Assembly: GCA_965213705.1 (NCBI GenBank)
Contig: OZ243913.1
Coordinates: 3,456,001-3,520,000, forward strand
Reading direction: 5' to 3'
DNA from: Trueperaceae bacterium
Lineage (GTDB): Bacteria; Deinococcota; Deinococci; Deinococcales; Trueperaceae
Length of the DNA: 64,000 nt
Below the pieces are notes generated by a model, which had not been told where the DNA came from, did not search any database, and worked only from the letters and a program-made list of their open reading frames with translations. The first letter of the stretch is position 1; each line of letters opens with the position of its first letter. A program made the translations under genes and the position numbers. Shown here in pieces: positions 10,196-19,573 of the stretch.

Positions 10196-13100
10196 TTAAT
10201 TCTTGTGTACGGTCGTCGGCGCTTTGCAACGGCAGCGATGAGTTTCCGTTTTGCTATCGTATTTTGGCAGATTGCCACAGCTCTGACAAACAAGCAAACG
10301 GGCCAAACTCACCGTTCTTGTGCCGAAGTCTTCCACGTCGTCATCCGACACGCTGGCATTGTTTGGGTTGAAATGCGCGCCAACCTGGTTGCGAATGAAA
10401 GCGAGTTCTTTTATGGCCTCGAAATATTCTTTGAGAGCCACGCGCTCAACGGTGCCGTCCGGCTGAGGCCGCTCAATTTCAGCCTTGCTTGCGAAGCTAG
10501 CGGTGGAACTTAGCAACTCGCCTAGCGTGTAGTCGTTGTTGGGTTTTCTCTCCAGCTTCAATCTATGGTCTATCGTCAAATGGTCGAGAAGGGCTTCCAA
10601 AAGTATCCCGGCTTTGGCTGCGACCACTTGGCGGTCAAAAGGTAGACTTTGCAAAGCTTGCTCGAGTTCTTCCACAGCAGGTTTACTCTTGCTCGTAGTA
10701 ATGCCACGGTTGAGCGACCACTTGTTTAGTTGAATCAGGTCGATACCCGCAGAAATTTTTGACTGTCGGTGGTAATCGAGCCACACGCGGTTGTGAGTGG
10801 TAATGATAATTTGACCGAAACGCTCGCTTTCCTCTTCGATAAGCTCGAGAATTCGCCGCAGGTGCGGCGCGTCCACGGAGGTAAACACGTCGTCCAGAAT
10901 GATGATTGCGTTGCCGCCGGTAGCGCGGTGGGCGATGGCGAGCCAAAAGCAGAACCCGAGCGTGTCAAGGTGGGATTCGCTGAAATAGGCTTGGGGAGGT
11001 ATGTCGGTGTACGTCCCGAAGGTCGCCGACTGTTTTAACGAAGCGCGTCTTTCCTCGTAAAGGGCAAGGCCGGAAAACTCGACCGGCTCGCCCGGGTGAA
11101 TCGCGTTGTAGAGGCGTTTGCACTCGTCGGCCACAGCGTCCAGAATGGCTTGGGTGAAGGCGTGCCGTTTCGCCCTGACGAGGGCGTGAGTTTTCTCCAG
11201 ATGCTTGAGAATGATGTCATTCTCGACGACTTCTTGCTCGTTTTCCTGAATCTTGTTCCAGTTGACGCTTAAGGCGTTGTAAAGGTGCAAGTGCTGAGAT
11301 TTGCTTTCCACGAGTGCAGAGAGTTCGTTGCAGCAAGAGCGAATATGTTGGGCGTATGAGGCGGCTTGGTTCAGTGTTGCCGGGATGCCGTCTTCGCTTG
11401 CTCGGACGGAGTTTACAAAAATCAGGTGCGGTCGTAGCGTCGTCGCAACTGTTCTTGCCAATAGGTCGGCGACTTGCTGAGCGCTCTCGAGAAGGTTGTG
11501 TTGGGCGCGCTCTAGAGGGTGTTATGAACTCAATCGCTAAACTAAAGAATGACAAGGAAAGGTTATCCGAGTGATGTCGGCGATGAAGAATGGGCTTTTG
11601 TAGCACCGTACTTGAGCTTAATCAGAGAAGACGCCCCACAACGAAGTTATGACCTACGAGAGGTGTTTGATGCTTTGAGATGGATGGTTCGCTCAGGCTC
11701 ACCTTGGCGCTATTTACCTGGTGACTTCCCACCTTGGGAAGCGGTATATCAGCAAAGCCAAAGGTGGTTAAAAGCAGGCGTGTTCGAGGAGATGACCCAC
11801 GACCTACGAAGCCTGCTGAGACGGCTGAAAGGACGAGGAGAAAACCCAACAGCGACGGTGTTTGATGGACGCACCTTACAAAGTACGCCTGAGAGTGGCG
11901 AACGTGCGGGCTATGACGGACACAAGCGTAAGAAAGGCTCTAAAGTCCATCTGGCAGTCGATACCTTGGGTCTACTCTTAGCCCTTGTCGTTACACCTGC
12001 AAACGAACAAGAACGCCATCAGGTTGAAGCGCTTGCCGAGCAAGTTCAAACCATAACTGGAGAATCCGTCGAGGTTGCGTTTGTAGACCAGGGCTACACA
12101 GGTGACGACGCAGCCGAGGCGGCTAAAAGCCAAGGCATTCGGCTCTTCGTTGTTAAACACGAAGAAGCTAAGAAAGGCTTCGTTTTGCTACCCAGACGCT
12201 GGGTCGTAGAGCGTTCCTTTGCCTGGACATCCCGACTCAGGCGCTTAGCCCGTGACTATGAACGACTGCCTGAAACCCTTGCTGGGCTGCATTTCTTAGC
12301 TTTCTCTATGCTCATGCTTAAACGCTTAGCCCCTTTTTTAACTCTTCCGGCTAGTTCATAACACGCTCTAAGCTGGTGCGGGCGTGGTCCCGGGTGCGTT
12401 CCGCAGCAGTAAAGTCGTCGCTTAACCGCTGCGACTCCTCCATTTGCCTTAGGCGCTCATCAATCTCGCGGCGCAAACCATCGGCACTGACGGACTGGTC
12501 ACAAATTGAGCAGGTGTCAAACTCCCTGGGCAAGGCGATGAACGCCTTGACCTGATTTAACAACCGGGTTAACTCGAGGGAAGCATCCTCGCCGGTTGCA
12601 GCGAGCTGTGCGAGCGCCGACTCCAACTCCTTGACCCGCATTTCGCCTTGGTGAAGGTTTTCTCGGGCTATTGTTACGGCGTCTTCTGCCACCCCAAGCT
12701 CTGTGAACGCGGCTTTTAGCACGTTGAGCCGCTCGAGCTCGAGCTTCAAAACCGAGGTGTCGGCGCTCGCCCGTTCCTGCGCCCAAGCCCTTGCGTTCGC
12801 TCCAGGACTGCCCTCGGCTTGCCACAACCTGTCTAGGCTTTCTTCGGCCCCTTGTTTGACGCGGATAGCTTCAGCGAGCCTGTCATTGGCGCTCCGAGCC
12901 GCCCTTGCAAGTGTAGCTTCGCACCGCTCTATTGCGGCTACATTGATAAAGCGGCTTATTTCTTTGTACCGGTCGGCAGGTCGCGCCTCGACAAGGCGCA
13001 AAAGCTGGCTCCGCCGCAGAATAAGGGCCGCAGGCGGGGTACCGGGTCCGGTGGCGACAGGCCTAGTACGGTTAAGCGTGCCGGTCCAGGTATCCTTGTC

Positions 13101-13355
13101 GAACCTTATCTCAATGTTGACGTCGCCGTAATCTTTTCCGAGGGCGGGTAAGTGGCTGCGATTGCTCGAGCCGCGCTCGTCGAGCGAACCTGCCTGTTGG
13201 TTGCAAATCATGTCGATGGCATCGATGATGCTCGATTTGCCCGTGCCGTTCTCGCCGAACAACATGACAACCGGTTTCTTATCAAAATTGATTTCTGAAC
13301 GAGTGGTGGCTCCACGAAAGGCTTCTAAGTGAATACTGCGAATGCGTTTATTCAC
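10196..13355 (-). pseudogene. Rad50/SMC-type ABC ATPase with zinc hook, C-terminal HEPN-like domain and Cys4 tail (RloC-like, about 767 aa), split by IS5
   Basis: Walker A GENGTGKS, coiled coils, CSIC hook, signature FSESH, Walker B IILDD, D-loop VFTSVD, H-loop ITTH, then LLE...IRNQVGAH and CQSC...CRC. Removing the IS plus one TA restores the frame (...HARTSLERAQHNLLESAQQVADLLARTVATT...). Confidence 0.8.
11515..12368 (+). mobile_element. Intact IS5-family element (IS1031/IS427-like), transposase 11549..12361
   Basis: 16-bp inverted repeats GAGGGTGTTATGAACT / AGTTCATAACACGCTC (one mismatch) with TA on both sides. The 270-aa transposase has YPSD, WRYLP, KVHLAVD, VDQGY and [10 protein letters not shown]. 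Confidence 0.95.
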
Positions 13356-13530
13356 TGCCAACCTCATCAAGGGCGAGTTCGGCGTAAAGCCGCCAATCTT
13401 CTTCTTTGAGCCTTCCGGCTGCAAGTTGCTCGCGAAATTCGTCTACCCTACCTTCCGAAATGAGGTTATTCTCCTTCAAGGCTGAGGCTATAATTTCGGC
13501 TAGCGCGTCGGCTGGATTTTGTTCGGGCAC
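13348..13530 (-). CDS. 60-aa acidic helical protein coupled to the ATPase
   Basis: GGGGAG RBS right after the SNF2 stop; its stop overlaps the ATPase GTG start (GTGAATAA). Confidence 0.7.
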   Translation of the reverse strand: MPEQNPADALAEIIASALKENNLISEGRVDEFREQLAAGRLKEEDWRLYAELALDEVGSE

Positions 13531-13539
13531 ATTCTCCCC

Positions 13540-16365
13540 TTAAGACACAATCCATCTAACTAGAAAGAGTGATTCTACCTTATGCTCGAGCTGTAGTTGC
13601 CGCTCTAGCTGTGAAATTAGAGAATCGCGTTGCTGCTCGACCTCGTCCTGGGCGTTATATAGTTCGCGGCGCTTGCGGTTACGGCTTTGCTCCAAACTAC
13701 GCAGCGTCTTCTGCGCTTCAAGTTTCTCGGCAAGGGTGACGACTGCCTTCGCATGCTTCTTTGCTTCTCTAATTTGCCGGTCTATGTCTTTGATTTCCTG
13801 CTCGAGGCCGAACTTTAAGTCTTCGGCCCAGCGGTCGAGTTTGGTTTCTTCCTCTTCGAAATAACTTGCGTTGCGAGCATTAACCTCGGCGAGGCAGCGT
13901 TGGAACTCAGCAGCACGCACGTCGGCGAGTTGAATGGGGGCTTTGGTGAGTGAAACCTGCGTCTCCGAGGCAGCTACACTGAAAAGGCGCTGACACTGTT
14001 CTTGGTCGAGTGGCTGACCCGCATCGGTAAGGGCTGCAAAAACGAGAAACTCCTCCGCCTGAACTGAATTCACAGTGAGCTTACTCAGCTCTAGCCAACC
14101 GCTCTGCTCGACCAACGACTCGAGAATGGCAATGCGGGTGGGGTGGGCGGAGTATGCGAAGGTTAGATCTGCCGTTCCGAGCGGTCTGTTGAGTGCCTGG
14201 GCCACGATTTTCTGTGCCAGGGGATGCTCCAGCCGGTAGAACACGGCGTTCATCGCCTCAGCCGTTTTCCAGTCAAAGTGATAAGTTGCGTGCTGCGGGG
14301 AATCGTAGGTAAATGCAGGCGTGTTTGGAACGAATGCGGCCTGACCTTTGAGTTCATTTCTGGTAAGTTCTAAAAGCCAGCGTTGGCGCTCGGATAAGGT
14401 TGCCTGTGCCTTATCCTTATGAATTTTGAGGCGATCGTGAACCTCTTCATCAAAGTGTTCAAACAGAACCTGTCGAGTTTGGTCCATACGGGTTTGAATC
14501 GTTTCTTCAAGTTCACTTTGAAGCGTATCGAACGCGGCTTGGATCTCACCTGCCGTACGACAGGTTTGATAGGCGCTAGCTATCCGTTTTTCTAGGTCGA
14601 CTCCAGATTCAAGCGCACCCAGCACTTCATCACTTGCCCCGAACACACCATCAAACAGTTTGAATTTTTCGGAAAGAAGCTCGAACACCCGCTGGTCGGC
14701 GGCGTTACGTCTATTAAGGAAGTTAACCACCACCACGTCGTGTTGTTGCCCGTAGCGGTGACAGCGTCCGATGCGCTGCTCAATGCGCTGTGGGTTCCAG
14801 GGTAGGTCATAGTTCACCACAAGCGAACAGAACTGAAGGTTGACACCTTCCGCCGCCGACTCGGTTGCGATGAGGAGAGTAGCGCGATCACGGAACTCTT
14901 CTACGATTGCGGCCTTCATATCAGCAGAACGTGACCCTGACAATTGGGCCGAGTTCTGGTGCCGCTCTGCATACGACTCGTAGATTTGTTTCGAGGTGAG
15001 ATCGTTGTTTGAGCCGTTCATAAGGACGATCTCACCTTGGTAGCCATGCTCGCTAAGGTAGTTGAACAGGTACTGCTGGGTGCGTCGTGACTCCGTGAAA
15101 ATGACGGCCTTGCGAGAAGCGCCGAGTACTCGGATTCGTTCAAACGCCGTACCTAAGACTTCCAAAAGTGCTGCTCCCTTAGCATTATGGCTGATCTTTT
15201 CGGCAAGCTCAGCGTAACGTTTTAGGTTTGAAAGCTCGTTTTGAAGCAACTCTCGCTCGGGCGGGCTCATTGGCTCGGGCGACTCGTCCCATTCCTCCAG
15301 AAGTTCATCAAGGGCTTCAAAATCGTCATCAAGCGCATCCTGCAGGCGCTGCTGCTCCCCTTCTTTCGTTTCCAACCGAGTGACGAGCCGGCGCAGTGTA
15401 CCCGCAATAGCATAGGTGGATGACGCCAAAAGTTTCCTCAGCACGAGGGTCATGAGCTGGCGCTGGCTGGCAGGAAGCGCAATTAGAACGTCCTTTTGCA
15501 AATAATCAGATACAAGTTGGTAAAGCGTATGCTCCTCATCAGTGGGCAAAAAATTTTGCGTAATTGAAGTGCGCTGCGTGAAACGCACGTATTCGAGCAC
15601 CTGCTGGCGCAGCGTGCGCCGACAGATTGGCTCAAGCCGCGCCTTAAGCACTGCATTACGCTTTCGTTCGTTATCAACTCGTACAAACTGTTCCCGGAAA
15701 GAGGTGATGTCTCCGAATACATGCGGGTCAATGACGCTCACTAAACCGTAGAGCTCGAGCAGTGAATTTTGTAAGGGCGTGGCGGTGAGCAACAATTTGT
15801 TGGCGTGGGAGGTCGCTTCCGCAATCGCCTTGGCGAGCTTGTTGTCTGACCTATAAACATTTCTCATGCGGTGAGCCTCGTCGATAACAACGAGATCCCA
15901 CTTTATCTTTTTTATTTCTGCCGCTTTCGCCTTGACAAAGTGGTAGGAGCAAATAACCACTTTGCCTTCTTGTTCGAACGGGTTATTCACACCTTCACGC
16001 TTACACTGGTTGAACGACTTGGCCTCCAGAATAACTGAGGGTAGTGCAAACTTATCAGCGAGTTCCTGCTGCCACTGTTTTCGCAACGTAGCCGGGAGCA
16101 CGAGTAGGATTGCGCGTTTGCGCTCGGCCCAGCGTTGGGCCAAGACTATACCTGCCTCGATTGTCTTGCCAAGGCCAACCTCGTCCGCCAAGATGACGCC
16201 CTTTGAGAAAGGTGAACGTGAGGCGAATAGGGCAGCATCAACTTGGTGGGGATTGAGATCAACTTTAGCGCTTGCAATAGAGCGGGACAACCCACTCATG
16301 GTGCCACGAGCACTCTGGAGCGTTAAGGCTTGTGCCCAGTAAAGACTGTGGTAGTGCGTGCTCAT
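13540..16365 (-). CDS. SNF2/RapA-family helicase with C-terminal coiled coil (DrmD-like, 941 aa)
   Basis: PHQ, LADEVGLGKT, IDEAH, LTATP, EGVNLQ, YDLPWNP and QRIGR motifs; TGATG overlap with the upstream gene. Confidence 0.9.
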   Translation of the reverse strand: MSTHYHSLYWAQALTLQSARGTMSGLSRSIASAKVDLNPHQVDAALFASRSPFSKGVILADEVGLGKTIEAGIVLAQRWAERKRAILLVLPATLRKQWQQELADKFALPSVILEAKSFNQCKREGVNNPFEQEGKVVICSYHFVKAKAAEIKKIKWDLVVIDEAHRMRNVYRSDNKLAKAIAEATSHANKLLLTATPLQNSLLELYGLVSVIDPHVFGDITSFREQFVRVDNERKRNAVLKARLEPICRRTLRQQVLEYVRFTQRTSITQNFLPTDEEHTLYQLVSDYLQKDVLIALPASQRQLMTLVLRKLLASSTYAIAGTLRRLVTRLETKEGEQQRLQDALDDDFEALDELLEEWDESPEPMSPPERELLQNELSNLKRYAELAEKISHNAKGAALLEVLGTAFERIRVLGASRKAVIFTESRRTQQYLFNYLSEHGYQGEIVLMNGSNNDLTSKQIYESYAERHQNSAQLSGSRSADMKAAIVEEFRDRATLLIATESAAEGVNLQFCSLVVNYDLPWNPQRIEQRIGRCHRYGQQHDVVVVNFLNRRNAADQRVFELLSEKFKLFDGVFGASDEVLGALESGVDLEKRIASAYQTCRTAGEIQAAFDTLQSELEETIQTRMDQTRQVLFEHFDEEVHDRLKIHKDKAQATLSERQRWLLELTRNELKGQAAFVPNTPAFTYDSPQHATYHFDWKTAEAMNAVFYRLEHPLAQKIVAQALNRPLGTADLTFAYSAHPTRIAILESLVEQSGWLELSKLTVNSVQAEEFLVFAALTDAGQPLDQEQCQRLFSVAASETQVSLTKAPIQLADVRAAEFQRCLAEVNARNASYFEEEETKLDRWAEDLKFGLEQEIKDIDRQIREAKKHAKAVVTLAEKLEAQKTLRSLEQSRNRKRRELYNAQDEVEQQRDSLISQLERQLQLEHKVESLFLVRWIVS

Positions 16366-18311
16366 CAATCCGCAGCTTCACCAAGGACCAACACGTCCTT
16401 CTCGACATACGCCCGAAAGTCGTCTACTGCTGTAAAGAACATATAACCCGCCTGATTTGCAGCTTCCTCAGTCTCTTGAGGCTCCCCTAACAAAAGTGTC
16501 ACCGGCTGGCTGAGGCCCTCCTGCAATCCGTTCGGCCAGGCGAGGTCAAGAACAGCCTTAAGGTTTCCCTGCTCATCAACTAGCTCGTACATGAACTCAC
16601 CCTCGGGCAACCCTTGCTCGGTTACCCAGGTATTGACATCCAGTAGTTGTTGTTCTTCCTCCTGGGTGTCCACATTGCCAGGAATGATTGTGATGGGCTC
16701 TCCCCGCACTGGTGCAACGTCGCGCTGCGGAACAGAGCCGTGATAAAGCTTATCCAGAAACGCGTTTGCCGCCTCGGCCAAAAGCTCTTTTCGAGCCGCC
16801 AGGAAGTCTGAATAGTTCTCAAGTCGCCACAGTTCACGATCCATCGGAATCCAGTGGGACTCGAGCACGCCAGGATGTTTGTTGGCATACTCGGCCAGAT
16901 ATTCCTCGGGTAGGCGGTCGGACACCTTCAGGTTGGTGTCTTGCGTCAGGAAGGTGAAGTTAGCGAGCGTGTTCACTTCGGCCCTGCCATAACCCTGCTT
17001 GTAGAGCTGCGCTTTGGGGAAGATGTGATGCACTTGCAGGTTGCTTAACCTGCCGAGTAGATGGTTGGTAAGCTCGACGCCCGTTTCCCAGTCGCGTGAG
17101 TGCCACACACGGGTCATCATGTAAAGCAGCGGGTAGAAGCGTGCGCCCATGCTCCAGCCCCCTAAGTCACTTGGGTTGACGCGTAGGTCGCCACGGTTGC
17201 GCCTTAGCCCCTCGATGAGTCGATCGAGTGCACCTTCGTTGTCCTCGATCAGGTTCAAATCCTTATTTAAGACGCTCTCGGTCGAGCCTGCATAACGGCC
17301 CCATAGGAAGGTGTGGACGTACCAGTAGAGGAGCCGGTCGCGCTCGGTAGCATCGCTCAGGTCGCCACCGCGCTGCTGCCAGTAGCGGACCAACAACGGA
17401 AACGAATAGCGGCTGCCCAAAACGCGGTCGTGGTCCAGCCCCAACCGTGAGGCGATCAGGTTGAGGAAGGTGTCAATCCCCTTCTCGGCGCGCTGCAGAC
17501 CTTCTTTGAAGGTTGGAGTATCCACATCCTTGAGGGCGGTGAACAGGGCTTCTCCAGTGAGGAGCGTGTTGATGTTGCGCAACAGCCAGTCGAGTTTGAA
17601 GTGGTACCCGGCACGGCCCCATTTCTCGAGCCTGACTTTCATCTCATCCCGAGCGTCAGGCCACTCGGCGCAAATCTTAGCTAGAGCGAGGTCGCCCTTG
17701 GAGAGCTTGGTGCCGCCGCTGTTTACCACATTGAAGATGTCGACCACTACGTCAACGGTCTTGTCTTCGCCGGTGACCTTCTCGATGTGCATATCTATGT
17801 CTTTGATACCGTGTACGTGGTTTACACGCTCAATGTAGGTGCTGAACTTGGGTTGCAGGTCTGGGTTGCCGTAGAGCCGCTGCATCACCCCCGCCATGCC
17901 CTCTTGCATAAGTGCTGTAACGCCCACCCACAGCGGGTTATCCTTCATCTTAAGCGGCGCGTAGAACTCGAAGTTCTCATCCTCTAAGTTGAAGTAGAGG
18001 CCAGTAAATACGTCAGGGTTACCATCGAAGAACTTGGGTGGCTTGCCCCGCATCACCCCATATAAGCTCGTCATGCGCTGCTGCCCATCCAGGATCAGTT
18101 CGACCGAACCGGGCGTAAGCTGCCCGTCACCTCTCGAGGGTGCGCCCTCGGTCTTGGTGACCCATACGAGCAGGCTGCCTACTGGATAGCGCTGGTAGAG
18201 GGAGTGCATCAGCTTGCGAACCTGGTCGCGGTTCCACACGTAGCCGCGCTGGAATTCAGGCAGCGCCATCGCGCCGAGGTCAATCTGGTTGAGGATGGTG
18301 CTGATGTGCAT
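16365..18311 (-). CDS. GmrSD-like DUF262 + HNH (DUF1524-type) nuclease with extra C-terminal domain
   Basis: LPEFQRGYVW, LDGQQR and FNVVNSGG (DUF262); HHIFP...N.LAN....N (HNH-like); C-terminal DLAWP domain; AAGGAG RBS. Confidence 0.85.
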   Translation of the reverse strand: MHISTILNQIDLGAMALPEFQRGYVWNRDQVRKLMHSLYQRYPVGSLLVWVTKTEGAPSRGDGQLTPGSVELILDGQQRMTSLYGVMRGKPPKFFDGNPDVFTGLYFNLEDENFEFYAPLKMKDNPLWVGVTALMQEGMAGVMQRLYGNPDLQPKFSTYIERVNHVHGIKDIDMHIEKVTGEDKTVDVVVDIFNVVNSGGTKLSKGDLALAKICAEWPDARDEMKVRLEKWGRAGYHFKLDWLLRNINTLLTGEALFTALKDVDTPTFKEGLQRAEKGIDTFLNLIASRLGLDHDRVLGSRYSFPLLVRYWQQRGGDLSDATERDRLLYWYVHTFLWGRYAGSTESVLNKDLNLIEDNEGALDRLIEGLRRNRGDLRVNPSDLGGWSMGARFYPLLYMMTRVWHSRDWETGVELTNHLLGRLSNLQVHHIFPKAQLYKQGYGRAEVNTLANFTFLTQDTNLKVSDRLPEEYLAEYANKHPGVLESHWIPMDRELWRLENYSDFLAARKELLAEAANAFLDKLYHGSVPQRDVAPVRGEPITIIPGNVDTQEEEQQLLDVNTWVTEQGLPEGEFMYELVDEQGNLKAVLDLAWPNGLQEGLSQPVTLLLGEPQETEEAANQAGYMFFTAVDDFRAYVEKDVLVLGEAAD

Positions 18312-18496
18312 GTCGGCGACGACTCCTTAGCTGTTTTCCCGTTTAAGAGCCTAGTGTAACTCGCTTGGAGGCATGAAGGGGTTCACTTCCGGGTCGGATA
18401 GAGGTAGTTGAGGTGTCCAACAGGCTCCTTCCCTGCCAGGCTTGTTGGAGAACTTTCTGTACAAGGAGACAGAAAAGGCTGCTACCCTGAATACAC

Positions 18497-18724
18497 TTTG
18501 CTGCCCTCCCACGTCATCAGCACCATCCTGAAGCACGACTCAAAACAGACGAGCTACAAAATCGCCCTGCTCAGAGCCATCAACGATGTCGTGCTGTCTT
18601 ACCCAGACCTCCGGCACGAACATAAAGACGTAGCTGTGCCACTGAGGTTGCTAGCAGATACTGGCTCGCCTACTACTGGCCCTTTGCCAATCCTGCCGCT
18701 TCTATCCTGCAAGGGGCCAGATCC
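18497..18724 (+). pseudogene. N-terminal fragment of an HNH-nuclease-associated protein, frameshifted and truncated by IS701
   Basis: VISTILKHDSKQTSYKIALLRAINDV...VPLRLLA, then YWLAYYWPF in a shifted frame. The TSYKxALLRA...YYW pattern is seen N-terminal to HNH domains. Confidence 0.45.
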
Positions 18725-19537
18725 TATGTTCTTAAACAGCGTAGCGATGTGAGGCTGTTGCACACCGTCTTCGCTGATGAAACAAACCATGAAGTTCGAA
18801 GGAACGGCCAGCGCGTAAGGCTGCTTCTGCTTTTCTAAGAAGATGCGCACTTTCCAGGAGGAGTACACCGTGTCCGCTGCCACCCAGGACGCTTTGACCC
18901 CAGCCTCAAAGGCGCGCTCGAGCATCCGCTGCGCCAGCTGTAGCGGGTGCGACCACGCCTGACGCGGTTTGCTCAAGAATTTACGCTCGTTAGGAACACC
19001 TGCCTCCTCTCGCCGAGCTTTATCCTGTGCCCACTCTTCAGCAGAAACAGCTCACGGTCGATGAACGCAGTGCCCTTTTCGCTCGCGTGGGCCAGAAACA
19101 CGCCGACCTGACAGTTCTCGATTCTCCCGGCGGTGCCCGAATACTGCCGTTTGACCCCGACCGAGTGCTCACCCTTCTTCAGAAAGCCCGTTTCGTCGAC
19201 GACCAGCACTGGGCCGTCAGAGCCGAGCTGTTCCAGAACGTAAGTTCGAAGTTCATCCCGCACGCCGTCTACCTCCTAGTGCGCAGCCTTCAGCAAGCGC
19301 TGAGTACCGTGAGGCGTGGCTTCACCAGCTTGTTCGGCCAATGGTCAGCCGTTTTTACGCTCTACCGAGCCGAGCAAGCCTTGAGGGTAAGAAAGTGCCC
19401 GTCGCCGAGGCTCGGCACGAGCGAAGTGTGAACCGATGCGGCTGTGAAGGGTTATAAGTTCTTCTGCCCAGCCTTCGACTTGTTCTAGTGAGGGTGTGCT
19501 CATCCCTCCAGTTTAATCCGCTTAAGTGCAGCTGTAG
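18720..19537 (-). mobile_element. IS701-family remnant (stops, frameshifts, 3-prime truncated)
   Basis: FARAEPRRRA...[41 protein letters not shown] and WVAADTVY are IS701 signatures; ATG at 19503. Confidence 0.85.
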
Positions 19538-19573
19538 GACTAATAACAGGCTAGCAAGTTATCAGTGTAACTC

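Noticed and set aside
13540..16365. DISARM or BREX system
   Set aside because: Only a DrmD-like SNF2 is present; no drmA/B/C, pglZ or brxC, and the methylase is a type III Mod paired with Res.
1..19573. Tn7 left end inside the window
   Set aside because: I found no + strand TGT followed by AATAAAGTTG-type repeats; the GATAAAGTTAC near 2125 lies within a transposase fragment.
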